From assembly GCA_902802375.1 (NCBI GenBank), contig CADCLS010000002.1, positions 63,210 to 127,209 on the forward strand: a DNA stretch of 64,000 nucleotides, in the 5' to 3' direction. The stretch comes from Oscillospiraceae bacterium. GTDB taxonomy: Bacteria > Bacillota > Clostridia > Oscillospirales > Acutalibacteraceae. Position numbers and translations under genes: made by a program. Of this stretch, positions 40,740-50,281 are shown piece by piece. How positions within the stretch are numbered: the first letter of the stretch is position 1; every line of letters begins with the position of its first letter. The notes beneath the pieces were generated by a model, which made no database searches, was not told where the DNA came from, and saw only the letters and a program-made list of their open reading frames with translations.

Positions 40740-42059
40740 ATGCATCCGAGACTTTTGATAGTAGGTACTGTGCCGTACAATACAAAGTCTACCTCGCGCG
40801 CATTTGACGCATATTTCCATAACTTTGAAAAAGAGAATATTGCTCAAATATTCTCAAACACAAAAAAACCCTGTAAGGGTCACTGCGGTACGCTTTATCA
40901 AATAACCGACCATAGGATGTTAAAACGGTGGCTCGGCAAAAGCATTCAAACCGGTGTAATATATAATTATGATGAGCTTGAAAACGAATGGACCGATACC
41001 GATTTGGAGCTTTCAAGCGAGGCCGCAAAGACTGCGTACAAAATCGGAAGAAAGCACACACCGTTAACACACCTCATAAGGGGCGTTTTGTGGCGTAAGC
41101 GCTTTTGGTGTACAAATAAGCTCAATAAATGGCTTGATGAGTTTAATCCAGATTGTGTTTTTCTTGCTTTTTCGGATGATTATTTTATCCCCAAAATCGC
41201 TATGTATGTTGCAAAGCGGTATAATATTCCGATAGTCTCTTGTATAGGCGACGATTATTATTTTAACGGTGAAAAAACAATTAATCCGCTTTATCATTTG
41301 TACAAGCATACTTACCGAAAGCTGATAGACCGCGTATTAAAGTGGCCCGGAAGCGCAATATATATAAGCGATAAAATAAGAGATAAGTATAATTCGGAAT
41401 TCGGACTTGACGGAGAAACCGTTTATCTTTCCTCATCAATATCAAGAAAACCGTTCAGCGTGATTAATGCGCAAAATCCGGTTATTACTTACTTTGGAAA
41501 TATCCGAATGGGAAGGAATAATTCACTAAGCGATATAGGATATGCGCTTAAGGAAATAAATTCCGGATATCAGCTTGAAGTTTATTCAAACGAGCAAGAC
41601 GAAAGATTTATTGAAGTGTTTAAGAATAATCCCGGCGTCGTTTTTTGCGGTTCAGTACCTTATTCTCAGGTGCAAAAGAGAATGTCTGAAAGCGATATTA
41701 CCGTAATAGTTGAGGGGTTTGAGGAAAAGGATATAAATCTTTCGAGATATTCGCTTTCAACGAAAGCGGCGGACGCTCTTTCAAGCGGTGCCTCAATACT
41801 TACTTACGGTTCCCTCGAAAGCGGAATAATAGATTATATGCGTTCTACCGGTGCGTCTATGGTTTGCAATAGCAAGGATAAACTCGAAGATGCAATAAAA
41901 CAGCTTATTTCAGATGAGAAAATGCAGAGGCGCTTTTACGATAAAGCGATAGAAGTGACAGAGAAAAACCATAACAGGCGAGCAAGCTGTACCGTGTCTG
42001 AAGGCGTAATAAATAAGGCGATAAATAAGATGAAGGCAGTGGAAAAGAAAGATGAGTAA
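40740..42059 (+). CDS. hypothetical protein, possible GT-B-like glycosyltransferase
   Basis: 439 aa with no motif I can name. The C-terminal half loosely resembles a GT1 fold (FCGSVPYSQV..STKAADALSSGASILTYG). Confidence 0.35.
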   Translation: MHPRLLIVGTVPYNTKSTSRAFDAYFHNFEKENIAQIFSNTKKPCKGHCGTLYQITDHRMLKRWLGKSIQTGVIYNYDELENEWTDTDLELSSEAAKTAYKIGRKHTPLTHLIRGVLWRKRFWCTNKLNKWLDEFNPDCVFLAFSDDYFIPKIAMYVAKRYNIPIVSCIGDDYYFNGEKTINPLYHLYKHTYRKLIDRVLKWPGSAIYISDKIRDKYNSEFGLDGETVYLSSSISRKPFSVINAQNPVITYFGNIRMGRNNSLSDIGYALKEINSGYQLEVYSNEQDERFIEVFKNNPGVVFCGSVPYSQVQKRMSESDITVIVEGFEEKDINLSRYSLSTKAADALSSGASILTYGSLESGIIDYMRSTGASMVCNSKDKLEDAIKQLISDEKMQRRFYDKAIEVTEKNHNRRASCTVSEGVINKAINKMKAVEKKDE

Positions 42060-42855
42060 AAATATGACAATGCTTATACTTTCTTGTGATAAGTTTTCGG
42101 ATTTATGGGACGGTCACATTAAGCTTTTAGAGCAAAATTGGCCTGACCGCGATATGCAGACATATATTGTTACCGACGCACCGACAAATAAGAACTATGA
42201 AAACATAAAGATTATTGAGGCCGGCACGGATACTGAATGGTCGGATAGACTTTCGATTGCCTTAAGATTTGTAAATACTGATTATGTTTTCATAACATTG
42301 GATGATTATTTCCTGATAAAAAAGGTCTCTGACAGTTCAATTACTCAGCTTATAAGTATGATGAGTGATGAGGGAATTGATTATGTTCGTCTTTTCAAAA
42401 GGCCGAAAAGAGCAACGCGTGAAGAGCTTTCAGGTTACAGTGGAATAAACAGAATAGACACTTCGTGTGATTACAGTGTAAATCTTTATTCGGGCATATG
42501 GGAAAGGGAATTTATTGAATTTTGTGTTAAAAAGCCTCTTAATGCTTGGAAATTTGAAGTGAGCTTACATAAGCGTGCAAAGGAGTACGGCGCTAATTGC
42601 GTTGTAAGCCACAGAAATGAATTTGAAATACTGGATGTTGTTCGCAAAGGTAAGCTTTTGCATAAGTCCGCACGGTATTTCAAAAAACATCCGGGTATTT
42701 ATAACGGTAACAGAGATGTTAATACTTGGCGTTATGAGATTAAACTCACAATACAACAGCAGGTTGCCCGTCATACACCTAAACGGTTGCACGATTGGCT
42801 AAAAAAGGTTTTAACAAAAATTGGAATGCATTTTTACAGTGATGATGCCGAGTAA
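42052..42855 (+). CDS. hypothetical EPS-locus protein with DD motif
   Basis: 267 aa with an 8-nt overlap to the previous gene. LILSCDKFSDLW...FITLDDYFL suggests a nucleotide-sugar or phospho-transferase-like fold, but I do not recognise the family. Confidence 0.3.
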   Translation: MSKNMTMLILSCDKFSDLWDGHIKLLEQNWPDRDMQTYIVTDAPTNKNYENIKIIEAGTDTEWSDRLSIALRFVNTDYVFITLDDYFLIKKVSDSSITQLISMMSDEGIDYVRLFKRPKRATREELSGYSGINRIDTSCDYSVNLYSGIWEREFIEFCVKKPLNAWKFEVSLHKRAKEYGANCVVSHRNEFEILDVVRKGKLLHKSARYFKKHPGIYNGNRDVNTWRYEIKLTIQQQVARHTPKRLHDWLKKVLTKIGMHFYSDDAE

Positions 42856-42872
42856 AAGGAGGAAAACACACA

Positions 42873-44072
42873 TTGAAGATTCTTTTTATTAACGCAGTTT
42901 GTGGTGTGGGTAGCACCGGACGCATTGTGATTGATTTAATGCAACAGGCAAAAAAACAGGGGCATATTGTTAAAGTAGCCTGTTCGTCAATTGGGTCTAT
43001 AAAAGGCGTAGATCAAAACGATGTTATAATAGTTGGAAATAAAATCGACTACTATGCCCACAACGCATTATCAAGGTTTACAGACCATGAGGGTTTATAT
43101 TCTAAAGCCGTGACGATAAAGTTAATAAAAAAGATGAATGAATTCAATCCCGACATAGTTCATTTGCACAATATCCACGGTCACTGGATTAATTATGAAA
43201 TATTGTTTTCGTATCTTGCAGAGCATAAAAAGAAGGTCGTTTGGACTTTGCACGATTGTTGGGCTTTTACCGGGCATTGCACATATTTCAGTGCGCTCGG
43301 ATGTGAACAGTGGAAGACTCACTGCTCAGACTGTACCGGACTTCGCGGTTATCCCATATGCTACGGAAAAGGCAATGTGTCATCTAATTTCGATAGGAAA
43401 AAGAAAGCGTTTACCGCTATTGAAAATATGACGATTGTAACACCTTCCGAATGGTTGGCGGATGTTGTGCGCAGTTCTTTTCTTGGAATTTATAATGTTA
43501 AAGCCATTAATAACGGCGTTGATTTGAATGTCTTCAAACCCACAGAAAGCAACTTTAGAAAAGAACACTCTCTTGAAAATAAGAAGATTGTTTTAGGAGT
43601 TGCAAATGTTTGGAATAAGAGGAAGGGTTATGATGATATTCTTTCGTTATCGGAGATGTTGGATGACCAATATAAGATAGTCCTTGTAGGTCTAACGCGT
43701 GACCAAATTGAAAAGCTGCCGAAAAAAATCATCGGAATTGAAAGAACAGAAAGCGTAAAGCGGTTAGTAGAAATCTATTCTGCGGCGGATGTTTTTATCA
43801 ATCCGAGTTATGAAGAAACCATGGGATTGGTTACGGCTGAGGCGCTCGCCTGCGGTATACCCGCGGTGTTATATGATAAAACTGCGGTTCCTGAGGTCGT
43901 TGATAACTTAAGTGGCGTGGTTGTTGAGGCAGGAAACATTGAAATGCTATGCAGAGAAATAAAAAATGTAATTAATAATCGCGATAAGTACGGCGGTGCC
44001 AGAGAACGAGCTTTTCTTTTTGAAAAAGAAAAACAATATGGAAAGTATTTGGCGCTTTACAATAGTATTTGA
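42873..44072 (+). CDS. glycosyltransferase family 4 (GT-B)
   Basis: TTG start after AGGAGG. C-terminal EETMGLVTAEALACGIPAV, an EX7E-type motif. Confidence 0.75.
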   Translation: MKILFINAVCGVGSTGRIVIDLMQQAKKQGHIVKVACSSIGSIKGVDQNDVIIVGNKIDYYAHNALSRFTDHEGLYSKAVTIKLIKKMNEFNPDIVHLHNIHGHWINYEILFSYLAEHKKKVVWTLHDCWAFTGHCTYFSALGCEQWKTHCSDCTGLRGYPICYGKGNVSSNFDRKKKAFTAIENMTIVTPSEWLADVVRSSFLGIYNVKAINNGVDLNVFKPTESNFRKEHSLENKKIVLGVANVWNKRKGYDDILSLSEMLDDQYKIVLVGLTRDQIEKLPKKIIGIERTESVKRLVEIYSAADVFINPSYEETMGLVTAEALACGIPAVLYDKTAVPEVVDNLSGVVVEAGNIEMLCREIKNVINNRDKYGGARERAFLFEKEKQYGKYLALYNSI

Positions 44073-44128
44073 ACACGGGTAAAATGCAAATATTATATTA
44101 TAATGTAAAAACATTTGGGGATTGTTAA

Positions 44129-45328
44129 ATGGTGAACGAAAAACATATAGAGGATTCAAAACTGCTTAAAAAAGAAAACTTGTTTGAACTGTTTTTTTGT
44201 TATGCTTGGATTATGCTGTTTATATATATGGTTATAAGACCGATTATAAACAGTGGCTTGATTATAAGATTTATATGGGCTCCGTCATTGTTTCTTCTAT
44301 TCTTTTCTTCTTTCAAAAAAACTTTTACACTTAGATTTTTTTTACAGCTGATTATACCGATAGCAATAATTGTGTTTTCGGTAATTGCTAATATAGAATC
44401 GATTAATTATATGCATATTTTATCGGCTTTTTGCTATATAAGTATGTTTATGGTTTTAAGAGTATGTGCTGATATAAAACTAAAAAAGATTACATTTGAT
44501 TTAATCTTTTATGCCAATGTAGCATTATCGTTTATTTTTTTCATATATACTTTTACGCCAATTGCGCACCGTGTTCATACAGACGGCGAAGAGTGGGTGA
44601 ACAGATACTTTGTTTTTGATTTAGATAACAGTAATGCCGCGGCAATGTATATTTTTTCTTTCTATTGTGTTCTTCTTATAAATTTGGCTTACCGTAAGCA
44701 TAAGTTCCCTATTATAATATTAATGGTGCTTGATTTATATATGATATACGGCACAAATTGCAGGTCTGTTATGCTAAGCGTAATATTGGTTACGCTCGCG
44801 TATGTGTTTTTCTGCAAAAAAAGAATTCCGACATTTTGGCTTATACTCGGAATATTTATTCCCATTGTTTTTATCGTTTTTTACCTTGCGCTTTATAATG
44901 CACTTGATGGTGAAAGGATAATTCTCTTAAATAAATCTTTGTTTTCAGGAAGAGAAAATGTATTTATGATTTATTTGGGCTATATTGACAACTGGGTCGC
45001 ATTTTTGTTTGGTAATTATACAAAAGCCGCACTTCAAAATGCCCACAACATTGTAGCCGCTATTATTTCTTCTTTGGGAATTATCGGTTTAGGAGCGTTT
45101 TACAGTTATTTCATTAACCTTTTAGTAGTGATAAACAATAAAGAGACAACTTCTTTAAGAACGGTCAGTCTGGTGTGTATTGTAGCACTCTTCTTACAGG
45201 CGTCTATGGAATCATCATTTTTCTTAGGCGGATTTCCAAGCATAATGTCTGTTTCCACATTTGTGATGTTATCAAATTATAGCGATTATCCACTGAAATC
45301 CGATGAAGCAATCGCAGGAGCACAATAA
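44129..45328 (+). CDS. wzy: O-antigen/EPS polymerase (Wzy-like, O-antigen ligase family)
   Basis: 399-aa, very hydrophobic, AT-rich gene with about 10 TM segments, located in a Wzx/Wzy locus. Confidence 0.6.
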   Translation: MVNEKHIEDSKLLKKENLFELFFCYAWIMLFIYMVIRPIINSGLIIRFIWAPSLFLLFFSSFKKTFTLRFFLQLIIPIAIIVFSVIANIESINYMHILSAFCYISMFMVLRVCADIKLKKITFDLIFYANVALSFIFFIYTFTPIAHRVHTDGEEWVNRYFVFDLDNSNAAAMYIFSFYCVLLINLAYRKHKFPIIILMVLDLYMIYGTNCRSVMLSVILVTLAYVFFCKKRIPTFWLILGIFIPIVFIVFYLALYNALDGERIILLNKSLFSGRENVFMIYLGYIDNWVAFLFGNYTKAALQNAHNIVAAIISSLGIIGLGAFYSYFINLLVVINNKETTSLRTVSLVCIVALFLQASMESSFFLGGFPSIMSVSTFVMLSNYSDYPLKSDEAIAGAQ

Positions 45329-46500
45329 TGAGAATTGCTTTCTATTCTAATTTTATAAATCATCATCAGATTCCTTTGGCAAATGCTTTTAACAGCTTGC
45401 CGGGTGTTGAATACATATTTGTTGCAACTACACCTTTTAATGAGAATAGGGCAAAAATGGGATACAAGGATGAAAATTCAAAGCTTGATTTTGTGCTGAG
45501 GACATATGAAAATAAGAATCAGGAAAAATACGCGCACCAATTAGCAAAGGATGCTGATATCGTAATTGTCGGCTCTGCACCGGACAGTTATATGGCGGAA
45601 AGGCTTGATGAAGGGAAAATCACATTTCACTGTTCTGAAAGATATTTCAAAAAGGGTTTGAGCGTTAAAACACTGCCTCGCTATTTTTTGAGTTCCATGA
45701 AGCATATAAAGCCATATCAGAATAAACCGCTTTATTATCTTTGTTCAAGTGCATATACAGCAAAAGATGTTAACACATTTACCTCGTTAAAAAACCGTTG
45801 CTTCAAATGGGCATATTTTACTGAAGTGAACGAGCAGGACGAAAACAAACTTATATTTCGAAGAAAAGATAATCCCAAACCGGTATTGCTATGGGCAGGA
45901 CGATTTATTGATTGGAAGCACCCGGATGCCGCCGTTCGCTTGGCTTATAGGTTAAAAGAACAGGGCTATGATTTCTATCTTGATATGATAGGCGGAGGAG
46001 ATATGGACAACCGCCTGAAATCAAGCGTTAAATCCCTTGGACTTGAAGACGCCGTAAGATTTCTTGGATTTCTTCCGCCGGATGTTGTGAGAACACATAT
46101 GGAAAGCGCGGATGTGTTTTTGTTTACGAGTGATTTTAATGAGGGATGGGGAGCCGTGCTAAATGAGGCGATGAGTAGCGGTTGCGCTGTTGTGGCAAGT
46201 CACGCATGCGGCGCTACACCGTTTCTTGTGAGAGACGGCGTAAACGGATATATATATAAAGACGGCTGTGAAGATGAGTTGTTTGGCAAGGTAAAAAAAC
46301 TCATTGATAATCCCGAAATCAGAACAGAAATTGGTGTTGAGGCATACAGAAGCATGGTAAATATTTGGAACCCGGGTGTTGCGGCTGAGCGCTTAATAAA
46401 GCTGAATGAAGCGATAAATGGCGCCACTGCTATGTCATTATACAGTGACGGACCTTGCAGTCCGGCTCCCATACTAGGCAACGGATGGTATAAAAAATGA
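45328..46500 (+). CDS. glycosyltransferase family 1/4 (GT-B)
   Basis: C-terminal EGWGAVLNEAMSSGCAVVAS motif; ATGA overlap with wzy. Confidence 0.75.
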   Translation: MRIAFYSNFINHHQIPLANAFNSLPGVEYIFVATTPFNENRAKMGYKDENSKLDFVLRTYENKNQEKYAHQLAKDADIVIVGSAPDSYMAERLDEGKITFHCSERYFKKGLSVKTLPRYFLSSMKHIKPYQNKPLYYLCSSAYTAKDVNTFTSLKNRCFKWAYFTEVNEQDENKLIFRRKDNPKPVLLWAGRFIDWKHPDAAVRLAYRLKEQGYDFYLDMIGGGDMDNRLKSSVKSLGLEDAVRFLGFLPPDVVRTHMESADVFLFTSDFNEGWGAVLNEAMSSGCAVVASHACGATPFLVRDGVNGYIYKDGCEDELFGKVKKLIDNPEIRTEIGVEAYRSMVNIWNPGVAAERLIKLNEAINGATAMSLYSDGPCSPAPILGNGWYKK

Positions 46501-47033
46501 TTGCGATTATTAAAAAACTGCATTTATACGGTTTGCACAGGAGAATTTGCTTCTTTCTTATCAATTATATTTTTGTGGGAACGGGAAGGTTTTTTTTCGC
46601 GGCTAAAAGGGTTGTTATGCGACTGTCGGGAAATCCGGTAGGAGAGGGTACAAAAATTGTAGGTAAAATAAGAATATACGGTACCGTTTCAATAGGCAAA
46701 AATTGCTGGATAAACCGCGGATTTACAGTTCATGGGAACGGTAATGTGCATATCGGCAACAACTGTGATATAGCACCTGATGTCATATTCCTTACCGGTA
46801 GCCATAAAATGGGAAATAAAGAGCGCAGAGCAGGTAATGGTGAAACATTTTCGATAAGAATTGGAAACGGTTGTTGGATAGGGGCAAGAGCAACACTTCT
46901 CAGGAATATAATTGTTAATGACGGCAGCGTTGATGCCGCTTGCGCCTGTGTTACAAAAGATGTGCCGGAAAACACTTTGGTCGCTGGGGTTCCTGCAAAA
47001 ATCATAAGGAGGTTAGATGTTGAAAATATTTAG
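46497..47033 (+). CDS. hexapeptide-repeat (LbH) O-acetyltransferase
   Basis: Repeated [LIV]G-x4 hexapeptides (IGNNCDIAPDV, IGNGCWIGARA) and C-terminal VAGVPAKIIRR. Confidence 0.8.
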   Translation: MIAIIKKLHLYGLHRRICFFLINYIFVGTGRFFFAAKRVVMRLSGNPVGEGTKIVGKIRIYGTVSIGKNCWINRGFTVHGNGNVHIGNNCDIAPDVIFLTGSHKMGNKERRAGNGETFSIRIGNGCWIGARATLLRNIIVNDGSVDAACACVTKDVPENTLVAGVPAKIIRRLDVENI

Positions 47034-48303
47034 TCTCCTGAAGAATAAAGTGGTTAAAAATGCAAGCTGGATAATAGGAGGACGAATAGTGCACATGCTT
47101 TGTGCATTTGTGGTTTCCCTATTAACGGCTCGTTATCTTGGACCAGGGAATTACGGGCTTATCAATTATGCTACAGCATATACCACATTTTTCTACTCTA
47201 TTTGTACGCTCGGCATAAATTCTATTCTAGTAAAAGCGATAATTGATGAGCCGGAACATGAAGGAGAAACATTAGGAACTTCTATTGTGCTTCAGGGAAT
47301 AGCAAGCTTATTGTCCTCCTTAATGATAATTGGCATTGTTAGACTGATCGATGGAAAAGAAGAACTAACAGTTATTGTAACGGCACTTTGTACGATTGGT
47401 TTGTTGTTTCGTATCATAGAAGTATTGCGCTATTGGTTTCAAGCACACCTATGTTCGAAATATACGGTAATTACGACAACTGTGGCATATTTATTAACTT
47501 CTGTCTATCGTATTATTCTATTGATTCAAAGTGCGGATGTTAAGTGGTTTGCATTGGCAACATCTATAGACTATCTTGCCGAGGCGGCTTTCTTATATAT
47601 TTTTTATAAAAGCAACAATGGTCCCAAATTACATTTTACTAAGGGACGGGTGGTTAAGCTATTAAAAATGGGAACCCCATTTATATTAGCGGGGTTAATG
47701 GTTTCTATTTATGGCAATACTGATAAGCTGATGCTTAAACAAATGCTCAATGAAGAAGCTGTTGGCTATTATTCTACTGCAACTTCCCTATGCAATGTGT
47801 GGGTTTTCTTGCTTTCAGCGATAATTGACTCAATGTATCCAGTGATAATGGAAGCTAGAAAAACAAGTATTCAAAAATATGAGAAACAGAACAAATTGCT
47901 TTATGCCATTGTGTTTTATATTTCGGTTTTTGTTTCTTTGATGTTTGTCGTTTTTGCAAAACCCACAATCAGTCTGCTATACGGTGAAGTATACCTGCCA
48001 ACAGTAGGGCCATTGCGAATCTCTACTTGGTATGTCGCGTTTTCATACTTAGGTGTTGCAAGAAATGCTTGGATTGTAAGTGAAAACCAGCAGAAATATA
48101 TAGCTCCGATATATGTTTGCGCTGCAATCACGAATGTTATTCTTAATTATGCCTTTATTCCAATTTGGGGTGCTTCAGGTGCAGCGGTAGCATCTCTACT
48201 CACTCAAATCACAACTATTTTTATTTGGCCGTTGCTAATCAAGACTATGAGACCGAATGCAAAATTGATGTTGGATGCGATTCTTTTGAGAGGGATAAAA
48301 TAA
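47017..48303 (+). CDS. wzx: Wzx-type flippase (MOP/polysaccharide biosynthesis protein family)
   Basis: 428 aa with about 12 TM segments; typical N-terminus KNASWIIGGRIV. Confidence 0.75.
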   Translation: MLKIFSLLKNKVVKNASWIIGGRIVHMLCAFVVSLLTARYLGPGNYGLINYATAYTTFFYSICTLGINSILVKAIIDEPEHEGETLGTSIVLQGIASLLSSLMIIGIVRLIDGKEELTVIVTALCTIGLLFRIIEVLRYWFQAHLCSKYTVITTTVAYLLTSVYRIILLIQSADVKWFALATSIDYLAEAAFLYIFYKSNNGPKLHFTKGRVVKLLKMGTPFILAGLMVSIYGNTDKLMLKQMLNEEAVGYYSTATSLCNVWVFLLSAIIDSMYPVIMEARKTSIQKYEKQNKLLYAIVFYISVFVSLMFVVFAKPTISLLYGEVYLPTVGPLRISTWYVAFSYLGVARNAWIVSENQQKYIAPIYVCAAITNVILNYAFIPIWGASGAAVASLLTQITTIFIWPLLIKTMRPNAKLMLDAILLRGIK

Positions 48304-48304
48304 G

Positions 48305-49174
48305 ATGGAAAGTGGTGCTTCAAATATGGACCTGAACACTGAACTGAAGAGATGTGAGGTTGAGATTCTTGAGGCTTTTATTAAGGCATGTGCTGAACTG
48401 AAAATAGGATACTATCTTATGGGTGGAACTATGCTTGGAGCCATTCGCCATAAAGGTTTTATCCCATGGGACGACGATATTGATGTGGGCATGCTTCGCA
48501 ACGATTACGACATTTTTTTGGAAAAAGGTCAGTTGCTTCTTCCGTCACATATGTTTTTACAAACTCATAAAACCGATCCGGAGTTTCCTGGGGCTTTTGC
48601 AAAGATAAGAAATTCAAACACTACATTTATAGAAGCGAGTATGCGGAGTAGAAATATAAACCATGGGGTATGGATTGATATTTTTCCTCTCGATTACTAT
48701 CCGGATGATCCTAAAAAAGGAAAATTAATGAGAAAGAAATGGAACAGATACAGTTATCGTATAGGTCAAGCGTGTTTTAGCAAGGTGAGTCAAGCAAGCA
48801 ATTCTTCGATAAAGAAAAAAATCATTCGTACATGTCGAGGTTTAATTTACAATTTGATGATGCCTGATGTAGAAGAAACAATTCAAAAAAGGGAATCATT
48901 GATTAAAAAAGCAAAGCAGAGTTCATGGCTTGCTAATTGGTCTGGCGCATGGGGAATGAAAGAGGTTGTACCTTCAGAGTGGTATGGTAGTGGGACCATG
49001 AGAGAATTTGAGGGAATTATGTGTAGAGTTCCAACAGAGTATGAAAAATGGTTATCTCAAGTATATGGGAATTACATGGAACTTCCCCCGGTTGAAAAGA
49101 GAGTTACACATCATTATTCTGAAGGAATTGATCTTCATATGCCTTATACAGAATATATCGATACGCATAGATAG
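48305..49174 (+). CDS. licD: LicD-family phosphotransferase (copy 2)
   Basis: MGGTMLGAIRHKGFIPWDDDIDVGM signature. The alternative start at ATG 48326 would match the N-terminal length of copy 1. Confidence 0.8.
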   Translation: MESGASNMDLNTELKRCEVEILEAFIKACAELKIGYYLMGGTMLGAIRHKGFIPWDDDIDVGMLRNDYDIFLEKGQLLLPSHMFLQTHKTDPEFPGAFAKIRNSNTTFIEASMRSRNINHGVWIDIFPLDYYPDDPKKGKLMRKKWNRYSYRIGQACFSKVSQASNSSIKKKIIRTCRGLIYNLMMPDVEETIQKRESLIKKAKQSSWLANWSGAWGMKEVVPSEWYGSGTMREFEGIMCRVPTEYEKWLSQVYGNYMELPPVEKRVTHHYSEGIDLHMPYTEYIDTHR

Positions 49175-49295
49175 TCTGGCTCTTTCAGTAAAAACGAGTT
49201 TATATAATTATCATAAAGCGACTTTTGGCGAGATCGTAGAGTTGCTACATAATGATTACTCTCGGTAAGCCCTTATCAAGGAAACAATTAATTAG

Positions 49296-49324
49296 TAATA
49301 TTGATTACAACTTTTTCATATTAT
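49296..49324 (+). promoter_or_regulatory. candidate sigma-E type promoter of spoIIID
   Basis: TAATATT (49296..49302), a 14-nt spacer, then CATATTAT (49317..49324). Compare the B. subtilis sigma-E consensus ZHATAxx-14-CATACAHT. Confidence 0.5.
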
Positions 49325-49351
49325 TTACCAAGTCCTTTTAGGAGTGGTGAT

Positions 49352-49606
49352 ATGAGAGAGCTGACGGATAACAGACCTATAATTCTCGGCGAATACATTT
49401 GCGAGACCGGCGCTACGGTGAGGTCTGCGGCAAAGGTTTTCGGTATCAGTAAATCAACGGTACATAAGGATGTCACCGAGAGGCTTATTAAAGACGATCC
49501 GGGGCTTTACCGTCAGGTTAAAGCCGTGCTCGAAAAGAATAAATCCGAGCGTCACATACGCGGCGGTATGGCAACAAGAAGAAAATATAAAGGGGAAACA
49601 AAATAG
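49352..49606 (+). CDS. spoIIID: sporulation transcriptional regulator SpoIIID
   Basis: 84 aa. GEYICETGATVRSAAKVFGISKSTVHKDVTERL...RHIRGGMATRRKYKG matches the SpoIIID HTH and basic tail. Start is the ATG at 49352. Confidence 0.9.
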   Translation: MRELTDNRPIILGEYICETGATVRSAAKVFGISKSTVHKDVTERLIKDDPGLYRQVKAVLEKNKSERHIRGGMATRRKYKGETK

Positions 49607-49629
49607 CGAGCGCCGTTTTGGCGCTCGCT
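49605..49629. terminator. bidirectional terminator shared by spoIIID and nth
   Basis: AGCGAGCGCC-GTTTT-GGCGCTCGCT. Confidence 0.75.
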
Positions 49630-49633
49630 ATTT

Positions 49634-50281
49634 TCATCTGACATCCGTTTTCGGACAACTTTTTTCAAGCGGACATTTTTCACAATAAGCTTTTCTTGCC
49701 GTACAAATATCTCTTCCGAAAACCACCGTGCGGTGACAAAAATCACTTGATTTTTCGGGCGGTAAAAGCTTTATCATTTCTCGCTCCACTTTTAGCGGGT
49801 CCCGGGTTTTTACAAGCCCTAAGCGGTTGACAAGGCGAATAAAATGAGTGTCGCAAACTACTGCAGGTTTTTTGTAAATATCACCGCATACAAGATTTGC
49901 TGTTTTTCTGCCGACGCCTGAAAGTGTTGTAAGCTCTTCTATCGTGTCCGGCACCCGTCCGCCAAATTCGGCGGTTATTTTTTTACCTATTTCTATTAGG
50001 TCGCGCGCTTTTGTTTTATATAGACCGCAGCTTTTTATAATATTTTCGACCTCGCTTAAGTCGGCTTTCGCCATACTTTCGGCGTCAGGAAAGCGGGCAA
50101 ACAGTGTGGGAGTTACTATGTTAACTCTCGCGTCTGTACACTGCGCCGAAAGCCTTGTCGCTATAAGCAACTGAAAAGCGTCGGTGTAGTTAAGTGAACA
50201 TGCGGCGTCGGGATAAAGCTTTTCCAGTGCCTCCACCGCTTGAAGCGTCAATTCTTTCTTACGCACGGGAAATGTCCTCAA
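49634..50281 (-). CDS. nth: endonuclease III
   Basis: HhH-GPD (LSGVGRKTANLV) and a C-terminal 4Fe-4S Cys cluster (CTARKAYCEKCPLEKSC). Confidence 0.9.
   Translation of the reverse strand: MRTFPVRKKELTLQAVEALEKLYPDAACSLNYTDAFQLLIATRLSAQCTDARVNIVTPTLFARFPDAESMAKADLSEVENIIKSCGLYKTKARDLIEIGKKITAEFGGRVPDTIEELTTLSGVGRKTANLVCGDIYKKPAVVCDTHFIRLVNRLGLVKTRDPLKVEREMIKLLPPEKSSDFCHRTVVFGRDICTARKAYCEKCPLEKSCPKTDVR

Noticed and set aside
49008-49268. 86-aa plus-strand ORF extending past licD2
   Set aside because: It mostly overlaps licD2 in another frame and has no RBS.
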